From positions 32,001-96,000 of the IMG/VR virus record IMGVR_UViG_3300021403_000004: DNA of 64,000 bases. The stretch is one strand, 5' to 3'. The translations under genes and the position numbers were made by a program. The notes under the pieces are model-generated. The model saw nothing but the letters and a program-made list of their open reading frames with translations, had not been told where the DNA came from and did not search any database. This DNA is from a virus (Duplodnaviria; Caudoviricetes). Positions within the stretch are counted from its first letter, which is position 1. Every line of letters starts with the position of its first letter. Below, piece after piece: positions 47,113-57,052 of this stretch.

Positions 47113-49836
47113 TCAGTGCGCCCTCCCGTTCCCGTTGCCGTTACTGCCATTCGCCGTCGCGAGCCGGGCCAGGTCCGCCTCCGACGGGATCCAGGGGCCG
47201 AGGAACTCCGGCTCCCGTCCCGCGGCCCTCCTCGCCTGCTGGAGGAGCCGCGCCGTGACGTCCGGGCCAAGATACTCATCCAGGAGGGCCCGCAGGTAGT
47301 CGAGCGTGATCGCCGAGTCATGATTATTACTGTTCCTGACCGACCCTACCTGAGAAGCCAGGAAGTCTTCCGGCGTCGGCGTGCTCGGGCCGGCCTCCGG
47401 GGCGGACAGGCCCTGCTTCTGCAGTTCTTCCAGCTTCTGGGTGATGAGGTCGACCTCAAGGGTGATGCTCGGCAGCATCGACTTGGGAATGCCGCGGATC
47501 GACCGGGACATCGCCACCATGACGTCCAGCGGGATCTTCTCGTCACCCGTGGCGTTCGGGTACGGGGCCTTGTCTTCCTGGTCGCGGATCTCGTCAATGG
47601 TGAGCATGCCGATCGCGCGCTGCTGGGCGTAGATCTCCGTGCGCGTCTTCAGGTCGGTCTTCAGCAGCGCGTCAGCATTGAACCGGCAGAACCGGTTCTG
47701 CGGCAGCAGCCGGAAGAACGCCGTCTCCAGCCGGACGAGCCACGGCCGCAGCGCCTCAATCACTTGCAATGTGGACTGTTCTACTGTATTCCCCGTGAAA
47801 TAGCAGGTGCCGTTGCGCCGCGCGAACCAGGTCTTATTCGGCGTCTGCACGCACCACACCAGATCGGCAGTTTCCTGGCTGACGTACTCAGCATGACCCT
47901 TGGGCTTAACCAAGGGGGACTTCCGCAGGCACATGACCCACATCCCGCGATTATTCTGACGGATCGTCCCAGCGCGCCCCGTAAGGGCGCATGCCACCTG
48001 AAACGCCTCCAGCCGTGCCCGGTTGCGCTGAGCGATGACATCGCCGCGGCTACGCGCGCCTGCCTGCCGGCCACCTCCCGCTACCCGGCAGCCATCCGCG
48101 TCAATCGAGGTCTGGTAGAACAGCTCCAGCTGAGCACGGGTAAGCTGGCTCAGGAACTCCGTCGAGACAACCTTGCCCGGCGCGTGCTCAGTCAGCACTG
48201 CCCCGGCAGCGGCGTTCAGCCGGAAACGACTAACCTGCCTGTCGTCGGTATCTTCCGTCCACCCGGGCCCATCTGCCTTCCCAGCGCGAACATGCGCAAC
48301 CGTGTGGCCATCAGCATCGCAAGCGCGGGCGATCTCCCGGTCACTGCGATCAGGATCACGTTCCAGTTCAGCGCGGATAACCGCCCGCTTCTCGCGGCCC
48401 TTGGATCCAAGCAGCGACCGGCCCGTGAACTTCACATCAGGGCCGAACAGCTCTGTCAAGGCCGCTCGGATACGCGCAACGTTTACCGGGTTGACCGCCC
48501 CCGACTGGGTAAGCGTCACCTGTCCGTGCTCACCAGCCCAGCCCTCAGTCCACAGCCAGGCCACTAGCTCGACCAGGGTGTCCGACCACTTGGCCTCTTC
48601 GGGGGCGACCACCGGAGCCGCTGCCGCAACCCTGTGGTGAGAGCCCATCCGGGCAGTATCTGTCCACTCCCAGGCAGTCTTTTCGTAAGGAAGTGCAGGC
48701 CAGCGATGATTCGGTGTGCTGACCGACGAATGTGACTTGCTTTCCAGCCTGATGACCGGGTACGGGCCGTCGCTGAACACGTGAACAGACGTCACCGGCT
48801 GCCACTCCGCCAGGCCTGTACTAGTATTCAGCGTCAGGCATGTATCATTCGTGGTCACCTGGTCATACCGAAGCCAACCACGTGTAGTCAAAATATCACT
48901 ATCAGTAGTCAGACAGTTGTACGTCAAGCTGTCCCCGCGACGCCCGCCGACACGGTCCGGGGGCAGCCCGAAAATCGCCGCGAGCTGGGTGGCGTTAGCC
49001 TGGACGGCTTCCAAGAACTGGGCTTCTGACGGCGGCACGGCCACCGGCTTGTAATCCCAGTCACGGCCGATCACCAGCGGCTTGTGCCCGTGGATGGCCT
49101 CCATCAGCGACTCACGGATCTCGCGGGCGTCCTCCAGGGTGACTTCCAGCTCCTGGTTGCGGAAGACGCCGGACGGGAAGCCGCCCGCAGTGAACCAGTC
49201 GGTCCCGTACTTGCCTGTCTCGATGCCGGACAGCACGGTCATCGCGAAGGCGCGCAGTGGCGAGATTCCCTCGGTCCGTCCCGGCAGCGTGTACGCCTTC
49301 ACGTGGAAGAGCTCATTGCGCCAGTCGCTGACCAGGCGGCCATACACGTACACGCGCGTGCGCAGCGGGTTCCAGGGCTGCTGGGCGTCATCTTCCACCT
49401 GGACCATGTCCGGCGGAACCCATTCAATGCCCGTCGGGTACCCGAAGCCGTCCCGGCCCGAAACCAGGCCCCAGGCATTGCCGTGCAGCAGCAGTGCCGT
49501 CATGCACTGGTAGAGCCAGTCATACAGCGTGACATCTGAATTAGCGCTCGGGTGGTCGAAGAGGGACGGCCCGTTGTACCGGGTGGTGACGTCAGACCCC
49601 TGCGGGCTGATGTAGATCTTGAGCGGAAGGCTGGCCAGTGATTCCGCGAGCAGCCGCGTGCAGGAATACAGGGCCGGCAGCCCGAGCGCCTCATCCTGGC
49701 CGTAGAAGGCCCGGGACGGGTGAACGGGGCCGCCCAGGTTGAAGCCCCAGTAGGGATTAGTCCACGGGCGCCATGGCACTCCGCCAATCACGCGCTTTTC
49801 AGCGCGGTCAGCCATGATGCGCTCAATGAGCCCCAC
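47113..49836 (-). CDS. HK97-family portal protein with intein
   Basis: LLLHGNAW, GISPL, EAQFLE, IFGLPP, TY|..|TVEQ, L.PWL.RLE. Confidence 0.95.
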   Translation of the reverse strand: MGLIERIMADRAEKRVIGGVPWRPWTNPYWGFNLGGPVHPSRAFYGQDEALGLPALYSCTRLLAESLASLPLKIYISPQGSDVTTRYNGPSLFDHPSANSDVTLYDWLYQCMTALLLHGNAWGLVSGRDGFGYPTGIEWVPPDMVQVEDDAQQPWNPLRTRVYVYGRLVSDWRNELFHVKAYTLPGRTEGISPLRAFAMTVLSGIETGKYGTDWFTAGGFPSGVFRNQELEVTLEDAREIRESLMEAIHGHKPLVIGRDWDYKPVAVPPSEAQFLEAVQANATQLAAIFGLPPDRVGGRRGDSLTYNCLTTDSDILTTRGWLRYDQVTTNDTCLTLNTSTGLAEWQPVTSVHVFSDGPYPVIRLESKSHSSVSTPNHRWPALPYEKTAWEWTDTARMGSHHRVAAAAPVVAPEEAKWSDTLVELVAWLWTEGWAGEHGQVTLTQSGAVNPVNVARIRAALTELFGPDVKFTGRSLLGSKGREKRAVIRAELERDPDRSDREIARACDADGHTVAHVRAGKADGPGWTEDTDDRQVSRFRLNAAAGAVLTEHAPGKVVSTEFLSQLTRAQLELFYQTSIDADGCRVAGGGRQAGARSRGDVIAQRNRARLEAFQVACALTGRAGTIRQNNRGMWVMCLRKSPLVKPKGHAEYVSQETADLVWCVQTPNKTWFARRNGTCYFTGNTVEQSTLQVIEALRPWLVRLETAFFRLLPQNRFCRFNADALLKTDLKTRTEIYAQQRAIGMLTIDEIRDQEDKAPYPNATGDEKIPLDVMVAMSRSIRGIPKSMLPSITLEVDLITQKLEELQKQGLSAPEAGPSTPTPEDFLASQVGSVRNSNNHDSAITLDYLRALLDEYLGPDVTARLLQQARRAAGREPEFLGPWIPSEADLARLATANGSNGNGNGRAH
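47788..48915 (-). mobile_element. intein in portal (376 aa; degenerate LAGLIDADG plus HTH insert)
   Basis: YN|CLTTDSDILT.RGW..TPNHRW..VWCV..FTGN|T. Confidence 0.9.
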
Positions 49837-50002
49837 TGCGGGTTCCGGGTCCTTCCGGGTCAGGAACGACCCGGCTCCCTGAAAATGGCCGCGGGCATGT
49901 TAAAGCACAGCGTACGCCACATGACGCCGTTTAGCACACGCTAGCCGGCGCGTTCGCGGCCCTGCCGTTAAATCAGACCCGGAAAGACACGGGAATGCCC
50001 GC

Positions 50003-50239
50003 TTACTGACGGCCCCCTGGCGTTACTGCCGCGGCATTGCCCGGGCCTGCCAGCCCCTGGCCCTCCCGCCAGCCGCGCCGGACGGACAGCGCGCAGATGA
50101 CCACGCCCACCCAGGCACGCGCCAACAGCCACCCGGCAACGTAGAACGTCCCCAGCAGCAGCGTCAGCGCGACCCGCGAGAACTTCACCTCACGGGCACG
50201 CGCGGTGATCTCGTCAACGGGCAACTGGATAGTAGCCAC
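50003..50239 (-). CDS. small membrane protein
   Basis: GGAGG RBS; hydrophobic stretch. Confidence 0.6.
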   Translation of the reverse strand: MATIQLPVDEITARAREVKFSRVALTLLLGTFYVAGWLLARAWVGVVICALSVRRGWREGQGLAGPGNAAAVTPGGRQ

Positions 50240-50258
50240 CTGCGCGCCCTCTTCCTTC

Positions 50259-50480
50259 TTAGCGGACCTGTCCCAGGAACCGCGCCCAGGCGGCCGGGCT
50301 GAACTCCAGGACGGGGCTGGCCTCCCTGAGCTGAGTGTCCCGGACACCTACCATCCCCGGGCCAGTCCCGGCTCCGACGCACCCGCCGTTGTGCACGCTG
50401 TAACTAGCCTTGCGCCAGGTCCCGGCCTCCACGCAATTACCACCCGTGGTGCCGCTGTAACTGGACTTGCGCCATGTCAT
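50259..50480 (-). CDS. DUF397 protein (duplicated WRKSSYS motif)
   Basis: WRKSSYS..GNCVE..VGVRDT..LEF...W..F. Confidence 0.9.
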   Translation of the reverse strand: MTWRKSSYSGTTGGNCVEAGTWRKASYSVHNGGCVGAGTGPGMVGVRDTQLREASPVLEFSPAAWARFLGQVR

Positions 50481-50496
50481 GCCCGTGCCACTCCCT

Positions 50497-50679
50497 TCAG
50501 CGGACCTGTCCCAGGAACCGCGCCCAGGCGGCCGGACTGAACTCCAGGACCGGGCTGCCGCCCCTCAGCTGGGTATCCCGGACGCCTACCACTCCAGGGG
50601 CCGTGCCCGCCTCCACGCAATTACCGCCTTGCGAGCCACTGTAACTGGACTTGCGCCAAGTCGCCGTCTCTATCATCAC
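50497..50679 (-). CDS. DUF397 protein
   Basis: WRKSSYSGSQGGNCVEA..VGVRDT. Confidence 0.9.
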   Translation of the reverse strand: MMIETATWRKSSYSGSQGGNCVEAGTAPGVVGVRDTQLRGGSPVLEFSPAAWARFLGQVR

Positions 50680-50930
50680 GCCGACCAGGATAACTCCTCC
50701 GGGGCCTCCGTGAAGGTGATCGCGATTTCCTTGCCGAGCCGGTCCACGAAGAACCCGGCCGCACCCTCATTGCGGATGGTCATCTGGACGGAGCCGTTCG
50801 GGGTGGCCGATGCCCAGTCCCGGTTGTGCTCGCCGCGCGACACTGCCTGCAGCTTGACCGTCGTCGCTGCGGGGTCCCAGGCCGCGCGCTCGTACCCGCT
50901 GACGTAAAACCGCGCTTCCACCATGGCCAT
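50676..50930 (-). CDS. hypothetical protein
   Basis: ARFYV..V.L.AV....N..WA.ATP.G...M.I.N..A. Confidence 0.7.
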   Translation of the reverse strand: MAMVEARFYVSGYERAAWDPAATTVKLQAVSRGEHNRDWASATPNGSVQMTIRNEGAAGFFVDRLGKEIAITFTEAPEELSWSA

Positions 50931-51046
50931 GACCGGGGCTCCTCGCTGAAGTTTCTGCTGCTGCCTGCACTGGATCACGGCTGCGAAGGGGCTTCAGGCC
51001 CAGTCCGGCCATTTTTGAGTATAGGCTATCCACGTTCAGCAGGGCA

Positions 51047-51071
51047 GCAGCCATTATGCAACAGCCAGCCA
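51047..51071 (+). repeat. single TIGR-like unit
   Basis: GCAGCCA-TTATGCAAC-AGCCAGCCA, intergenic. Confidence 0.55.
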
Positions 51072-51085
51072 CGCCCCGCGAGCGC

Positions 51086-54037
51086 TTACCTGACCGACTT
51101 GTGCACGTCATAAGACCGGCGCTTCTTGTTGAGCGCCCAGTAGGCGAGCGTCGCGGCAGTCACCGGAGTGATGTCATCCTCGCTCGTGCGCCGGGACCAG
51201 CCGCGCCCGCCATCGCCGATGTCCCGCGTCTGGGCGCTGGCAATCGCGCTCCACAAGGCGGGCGCCTTCTCCTTGCCCAGGTGGATCACGCGCCGCCCGC
51301 GGACGCCCGTCACCATCAGGGCGAAGGCGGCCGCCTCGTCACCGGAGCCGGCCACCAGGACCTCGATCCCGGCGCGCTCGGCCGCGTCCGCCAGCGCCGC
51401 CGCCGGGCCATTGCGCGGGATGCAGACCGCTGCCGGGCGCCAGTGCCTCTTCAGCTCCGCCAGCCGGGCGACCACCCAGTCGGTTCCCTCGCGGGAGCAG
51501 CCCCGCGGGATCTCCAGCACCGTGCGGTACGGTTGCTGCTCCTGCCGTGCCGAGCGCACCGGGCGCCCGTCAGCGTCCACCTTGACGACCCGGAGCTGCG
51601 GCTGCTGCGGCTGCTCCGGGCGCTCCCAGGCTGCCGCGATGGTGGCCACCGTCATCTCCGGGTTCACGTCCACCGCGAACGCCAGTGGCTGCACGGCGCC
51701 ACCCGGCTCAGCCATCCCGCACGCGGCCCAGGCTTCCTCGGACACCACGGCCCAGGCTTCCTCTTCTGCAGGCCAGTCGCCGATGCCCAGCCGCTCGCGA
51801 TCGAACTGGGCAGGCGTCAGGGCGGCGAACTCCTTGCGCACGTGCTCGTAGCTGATCCGGGAGCCGAACGCGGGATTGGCCTTGGCCCAGGTGCGCGGGT
51901 CGTCCCGGTCATCGTGCTTGCCGCACACGATGTAGTGATTGTCCTTGCGCCCGCGGACCTCATCACGCGGGCACGTGTCCAGGTGCGGGTCAGCCGACCA
52001 TTCCGCGCCCGCCACCGTGGGGTCCTGCCGCAGCAGGCGACGGCGCACGAGGGAGAGCTGGACGCTGTCCTTGACCCCGGCCGAGGCCGTGTAGTACATC
52101 TGCGGGTTCGGCACGGCCGACAGGGTCGGCATGGACGCGCCCACCTGCTCATCCGTGAGGAACATCGCCTCATCGTATACAACCACGTCGGCCGTGAAGG
52201 CCCGTCCGGAGCCCCGGGACCGGGCCAGGAAGCGCAGCCGGCCCGACACGGACTGCCGCACCCGCTTGCCGCCCGCTCCGAAGATCAGCGTCGGCGTGGC
52301 CCGCAGCTCGATCGCCTCATCGCCGTGGCTGGTCATCACCCGCTTGACCCGGCGGCTCAGCTCGTCATAGGAGCCGATGGTGTCCCGGACCCGGCGGAAG
52401 TGCTCGGCAGCAGCCTTGAACTCGTGCGCGGTGTGGATGATCATCCGCTCGCCGAACAGGAACAACCCGCCAAGCTCACGCACTTCCAGGCATGAGTTGT
52501 GCGTTGGCGTGAACGCCTTCCCCACCAGGTAAACGCCATCTGGCGCGTCCACCTGGATGCAGCGCGTCGGCACCGACGGCACCGGCCGGATGCCCGTGAT
52601 GCTCATGACCTCATGCGGCTGCGTCACTTCCCGCATCGTCGCGGGAACCTTGTGCCCTGGCGCGTCCATGTCGGCATCCCTGAGGCGCCGGTTCCGGTGC
52701 ATCTGGCACAGTCCCGGGCCCTCACCGCCAAGACGGCCCGCGTACGGGCGCGCGCAGCCAGGCCACTCACAGCTCCGGGCCGCGCGCTCCTGAGGGGGAC
52801 GCCAGCGCTCAGCCTTGCGCGGCATCGCGAACGGGTTGAACGCCGGGGTCCACAGGAACCGGGCGCGGTCCTTCCTGCGCACGCCGTTCAGTGACGTGGC
52901 ACCATCATGCCGGGTCACCCGGATGCCGAGGCTGCGCGCCAGCCGCCAGAAGTCCTCGGCCAGGCCGGGCAGCGTCGTAGTGAACTCAACTTGCGGGGCC
53001 TTGTTCGTGATCGCGATCGACCCGTCGCTGTCCATCAGGCCGCGCAGCAGTGCCAGCCGCTGGTCCGGCGACGCCGTCAGGTACAGCTCCGGGATGCGCT
53101 TCTTGCCAGCTCCCCAGATGCCAAGGTCCTGGCACGCCATGCGATACTTCCCTGGCTCCCTCAAGAGGAACCAGATCTCTTGCACCTTGGTGACAGGGTG
53201 CTCACGAACACGGTCAACCTCAGCGCCAGCAGACCTGATGGCGCTTTCTACCCAATCCCGGTCCATTTTGCCTGCAAATATAATCGCACTACGGCTAGCG
53301 CCGTCTCCAAGCCAGAAACCCAGCAGGTACGGGTCGATCGGCAGATCTGCCGGGGGTGTCTGCGGGACCGCATCGCAGCGAACCCTCCAGTTGTACTCCA
53401 TTCTGCCGTTATCAGGACGCCTGCCTCCAACATCTCCTGCCAGGTCGCGTGTCCGCTTGACTTCCCACTTCTTGTGATCCCGGCGCCTCACCCGCCAGAG
53501 GTGATCCTGACCGACAACGTGTGACGAGCCGTCCGTGAATGAAACCTCATAGCACGGCTCATCCGGAAAGACCTCCGTCCTGGCGATTACCCGTGTCGGC
53601 CTGCCTCCCGATCCGTAGACCGAATCGCCGACCCGAATATCCTTGAAGGTTGTCCAGCCACGTGATACAGTGAGGATGTCAGTCGAACAAGCATTCGGGT
53701 TCTTGCCGTTCTGGCGGGACACGATCGCCGCTACCTCAAAGGCTGCCCAGCGGCCATCCGGCTGGACCCCGCATGCCTCTGCCAGCCACCATTTCTGCCA
53801 GCCGTCCAGGTCATACCCGCACGACGGCGCCCACTGCAAGAGCTCCGCCGACGCGTAATCCCCGCACCCGAGGCCGGGATAGCCGCGCTGGCCGCACGTC
53901 CGGCACTCAGGGTCCTTCTCCCGGTGCCGGGGCGGCGACGTCCAGAAGCGCGGCAGCTGGCTGCCCAGCAGCTCACCATCGTAGACCGTCCCGTCCGGGA
54001 GGAAGACGAGCGGGCGGCCGAGGGGCTGGGCAGTCAC
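51086..54037 (-). CDS. terL: terminase large subunit with intein
   Basis: RQNGKN Walker A, HTAHEFK, GRAF, VYDEA Walker B, ANP, RERLG, FAVDV. Confidence 0.95.
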   Translation of the reverse strand: MTAQPLGRPLVFLPDGTVYDGELLGSQLPRFWTSPPRHREKDPECRTCGQRGYPGLGCGDYASAELLQWAPSCGYDLDGWQKWWLAEACGVQPDGRWAAFEVAAIVSRQNGKNPNACSTDILTVSRGWTTFKDIRVGDSVYGSGGRPTRVIARTEVFPDEPCYEVSFTDGSSHVVGQDHLWRVRRRDHKKWEVKRTRDLAGDVGGRRPDNGRMEYNWRVRCDAVPQTPPADLPIDPYLLGFWLGDGASRSAIIFAGKMDRDWVESAIRSAGAEVDRVREHPVTKVQEIWFLLREPGKYRMACQDLGIWGAGKKRIPELYLTASPDQRLALLRGLMDSDGSIAITNKAPQVEFTTTLPGLAEDFWRLARSLGIRVTRHDGATSLNGVRRKDRARFLWTPAFNPFAMPRKAERWRPPQERAARSCEWPGCARPYAGRLGGEGPGLCQMHRNRRLRDADMDAPGHKVPATMREVTQPHEVMSITGIRPVPSVPTRCIQVDAPDGVYLVGKAFTPTHNSCLEVRELGGLFLFGERMIIHTAHEFKAAAEHFRRVRDTIGSYDELSRRVKRVMTSHGDEAIELRATPTLIFGAGGKRVRQSVSGRLRFLARSRGSGRAFTADVVVYDEAMFLTDEQVGASMPTLSAVPNPQMYYTASAGVKDSVQLSLVRRRLLRQDPTVAGAEWSADPHLDTCPRDEVRGRKDNHYIVCGKHDDRDDPRTWAKANPAFGSRISYEHVRKEFAALTPAQFDRERLGIGDWPAEEEAWAVVSEEAWAACGMAEPGGAVQPLAFAVDVNPEMTVATIAAAWERPEQPQQPQLRVVKVDADGRPVRSARQEQQPYRTVLEIPRGCSREGTDWVVARLAELKRHWRPAAVCIPRNGPAAALADAAERAGIEVLVAGSGDEAAAFALMVTGVRGRRVIHLGKEKAPALWSAIASAQTRDIGDGGRGWSRRTSEDDITPVTAATLAYWALNKKRRSYDVHKSVR
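52496..53698 (-). mobile_element. class 3 intein with LAGLIDADG endonuclease (401 aa)
   Basis: NGKN|PNAC..; DHLW, TRCIQV, PTHN|S (W-C-T signature); DPYLLGFWLGDG and LLRGLMDSDG. Confidence 0.88.
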
Positions 54038-54085
54038 TCACCCAGTATGCACGAGTCTTGACGACTCCCGGAAGCAAAAGCTCCG

Positions 54086-54357
54086 TGGCTGCCTTACCTT
54101 GCTTGGCTGCACCTCTTTCTTGGCTGGCTGTCGTGCTCTGGCTGCACGCATCGCGTGGCTGGCTGCCGTGCCCTGGCTGCACGCATCGCGTGGCTGGCTG
54201 CCGTGCCCTGGCTGCACGCATCGCGTGGCTGGCTGCCGTGCCCTGGCTGCACGCATCGCGTGGCTGGCTGCCGTGCCCTGGCTGCACGCATCGCGTGGCT
54301 GGCTGCCGTGCCCTGGCTGCACGTCTGCAATGGCTGGCTGTCGCCTTCTGGCTGCAC
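54086..54357 (-). repeat. TIGR-like array of eight 35-nt units, mostly identical
   Basis: minus strand GCAGCCA-GGGCACGGC-AGCCAGCCA-CGCGATGCGT repeated, with unique end units. Confidence 0.9.
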
Positions 54358-54358
54358 G

Positions 54359-54565
54359 CTACGCGCCCGGCGGTACTTCCTCTACCTCCAGCAGGGGCCA
54401 GCAATGATGGACCATGCCGTCGTCCTGGCGCAGCTCCACGTCGCCGCCGTCCCCGTACCCTAGCAGGACGCCTTCCTGGACGACGTGCGCGGCTAGCTTA
54501 ACCTTGACGCGCTTGCCCAGCAGGGACGTCACGTGCGCGTGCCACTGCGTCAGCATCTCGCTCAC
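54359..54565 (-). CDS. small Sm/LSm-like protein
   Basis: LLGKRVKVKL....EGVLLGY...DVEL resembles the Sm1 motif. Confidence 0.5.
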   Translation of the reverse strand: MSEMLTQWHAHVTSLLGKRVKVKLAAHVVQEGVLLGYGDGGDVELRQDDGMVHHCWPLLEVEEVPPGA

Positions 54566-54753
54566 GGTGCCGTCACCACGGCCTTCAGGCTGGCCGTGAA
54601 CTCCTGCCACGCGCCAGCCGGGAACTCCAGCACAGTGCGGCACGCGCTCCCGGCTTGCTTGGTGTCGCGCACGCCCACCCCTCCACGGGCCGTGCCAGCC
54701 TCCACGCACAGAGCCTGGTTATGCGTGTAGCTGGATGTGCGCCAGCCGTTCAC
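54562..54753 (-). CDS. DUF397 protein
   Basis: WRTSSYT..CVEAG..VGVRDTK..LEF...W..F. Confidence 0.85.
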   Translation of the reverse strand: MNGWRTSSYTHNQALCVEAGTARGGVGVRDTKQAGSACRTVLEFPAGAWQEFTASLKAVVTAP

Positions 54754-55069
54754 TCCGGCGGCCTCCCCTCCGTGAAGTCCACGTACGTGACCGCCCTGGG
54801 AACGTCTCGCAGCACGAGCCGCGCAAGCGGGCTGCTGCTGACAGGGCAGTTGCTGAACGACGCGCCCCTGGCCATCACAGCCCCGCACTGGTCGTCGTCA
54901 GCCGGGCGTAAATGCCGCCCGTGAGGATCTCCGCATCGCCGGCGCACGCGCCCTGGCTGTTGCTGAACACGGTCTTTCTCCCTTCATCATGGCGGCTGCC
55001 GCTCACTGCTGAGCCGCCTGTGAACCTTGTCCCTGGACAGAGCATACAGCAAGAGACTCTGTGCCGTGC

Positions 55070-55969
55070 CTACTTCGGGATCGGGTAGTTCCGCGAGGTG
55101 AGCTGCCCGCGCCAGGGCTGGATCTTGTCCCGCTTCTCACCAGACCGCCAGTAATTCCAGGTCCCGAACAGCAGCGCCCGGCGCTCGTCCACGGTGTGCG
55201 CGGCGCCGCTGCGCAGGCGGGTCAGCTGGTTGCGGAACACCAGGATGGGGTTATCCGGCTTGAGCTCGTCCCCGTATGCCAGCTTGTTGAAGAACTCCGC
55301 TGCCTGGGCAGTGTCCAGCCTGTTCAAGATGATGGTGGCCGTGCCGAGCACGGAGGCCGGCAACGGCACCATGATGCGCAGCCGTTCCGCGTACGCTGAC
55401 GCGGCCTGGACCGCGTCCTGGTGCTCGCGCAGGTAATCGTCGAGCTCCGCCCGGGAAGCCTTCTCGGAGCCGCCGCTGGGAACCAGCGTCAGGTGCCCGC
55501 GGTCCCAGCGCCACATCCCTCGCGTGATGGACGATATGGACGTCGGGTAGGAATAGCCGGCGACCCTAAGCATGTCGAAGTAATACCGGGGCAGCCCCGT
55601 GTCGAACGTGTCCATGACGTCCGGCTCCACGCCCTCCACCAGGAGCAGGAGGACCGCCGTCCCGCTCTTGGTAACGGCCTCCAGCCGGTGCTGCCCCTGC
55701 AGCAGGTTGCCGTCCCGGTCACGGACGACCGTCTCCCCGTTGAACTTCCAGCGCCCTTCGGCCATGTCCCGGCCATAGGCGTCGCTCACGTAGCCGCGGC
55801 GGCTCCGGTTACGGACGCTGGACTGCGCCAGCCACTTGGTGGCCACCTCCGGCGTCATCAAGACGGCCCGGATGGTGACTCCCTCCGGGGCCCCGGGGAC
55901 CGGGACGGCTGGCACGCCGAACGGGTCATTGCGAATGTCATCCTGCACCTGCGACGGGTCCTTGCTCAT
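55070..55969 (-). CDS. ParB/Srx-like N-terminal domain protein
   Basis: TPE.A..WL..NR..Y..DM..G.W..NGE..G.L..GQHRL.A. Confidence 0.75.
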   Translation of the reverse strand: MSKDPSQVQDDIRNDPFGVPAVPVPGAPEGVTIRAVLMTPEVATKWLAQSSVRNRSRRGYVSDAYGRDMAEGRWKFNGETVVRDRDGNLLQGQHRLEAVTKSGTAVLLLLVEGVEPDVMDTFDTGLPRYYFDMLRVAGYSYPTSISSITRGMWRWDRGHLTLVPSGGSEKASRAELDDYLREHQDAVQAASAYAERLRIMVPLPASVLGTATIILNRLDTAQAAEFFNKLAYGDELKPDNPILVFRNQLTRLRSGAAHTVDERRALLFGTWNYWRSGEKRDKIQPWRGQLTSRNYPIPK

Positions 55970-56265
55970 CAGCTGCTGCCGTTTCCTTCCCCTGACAGCA
56001 AGGCCGTCAGGCGGTTCAGTTCCTTTTCCATCACGCGGTTGCGGCTCTTGAACACCGCCAGCAGGGCCACCGCCTCATCCACTGACAAGGCCCTGGTGCC
56101 CGCCCTGGTCAGCGACGGGGGCGTGTGTGCGCTCCAGCCCGCATGGCCTGCCTTCTGCATCTCGAACGCGATGCGCTCTGACGTCCAGCCGGACTTGATC
56201 TGGCTGTGCAGCAGCTTCTTCACCGCGTCACTGATCGTGGTGCTCGTTACGATCCGCGAGTTCAC
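55969..56265 (-). CDS. XRE-like HTH protein
   Basis: GWT.E.IA..M..AG..W......G.R.LSVDE. Confidence 0.6.
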   Translation of the reverse strand: MNSRIVTSTTISDAVKKLLHSQIKSGWTSERIAFEMQKAGHAGWSAHTPPSLTRAGTRALSVDEAVALLAVFKSRNRVMEKELNRLTALLSGEGNGSS

Positions 56266-56769
56266 CTTGAGACTGCTCCTTTCACCCGCTCACGCTGAGC
56301 AGATGTCACAACTATACCCTAAAATACTCTGTTGGCAACCCGGGCGCGACCACGGCAACCGGAGGGCTGCAGACGGCATGCGAGCAGCGAGCCTGGGTAG
56401 CGGCAAGGCCGGAGGCTGCCATGGGACTTGTCAGCGCGATTCTCTTCGGCGTTGCTTTTGTGCTGTAATGGGCCGGCGGCGGGAAAGCACCGTTCACCCC
56501 GGAAGGACCTGACCATCCTCGGGCTGTTCTTCCTGGTCCTGGCCATCATCTTCGGTCCCTGGTGGCCTAGCCGCCGGTAGCCTTCCGGACTGCGGCCTGC
56601 CCTGGCTGCACGGGCACGACGACGAGGCTGGCCACGACCGGGAACGGTGCCTGCGCGAGCACGGCGCGCTCAGCGGCTTCCCGGTTCGCCGCCGTCAGGC
56701 CGCAAGTGTAGATGGCGCCAGCCGGGGACTCAGCGCGTGCCTGCCAGGATGCCATGACCGTCATGACCG

Positions 56770-57051
56770 TCACTCACCGCCTGCCAGCCTGCGCTCCCGG
56801 CGCTCCCGGACCTCATCGGTGGCGTCCCCCTTGACCTCTCCGGGGGCCATGTCCCGCAGCTGGGCGAGCGCCAGCCGGATCTCGCGGGCGTAAAGGGCTG
56901 CGTCCCGGGGGGTCAGCGGAACCTCATCTATCTGGCGGGCGCAGTACAGCGCCACGGCAGCCACCCCGCCCCGGCGCATGTCGGCGGGCAGCCGGGCCAG
57001 GTCACTGAGCACGGAGCCTTCCATGGACTGCTCTTCCTGAGGCGGCGTCAT
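56770..57051 (-). CDS. terminase small subunit (putative)
   Basis: AL..ARQID..AA..RE.R..L..L..D..DE.R.RR..R helical pattern; upstream of terL. Confidence 0.6.
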   Translation of the reverse strand: MTPPQEEQSMEGSVLSDLARLPADMRRGGVAAVALYCARQIDEVPLTPRDAALYAREIRLALAQLRDMAPGEVKGDATDEVRERRERRLAGGE

Positions 57052-57052
57052 G

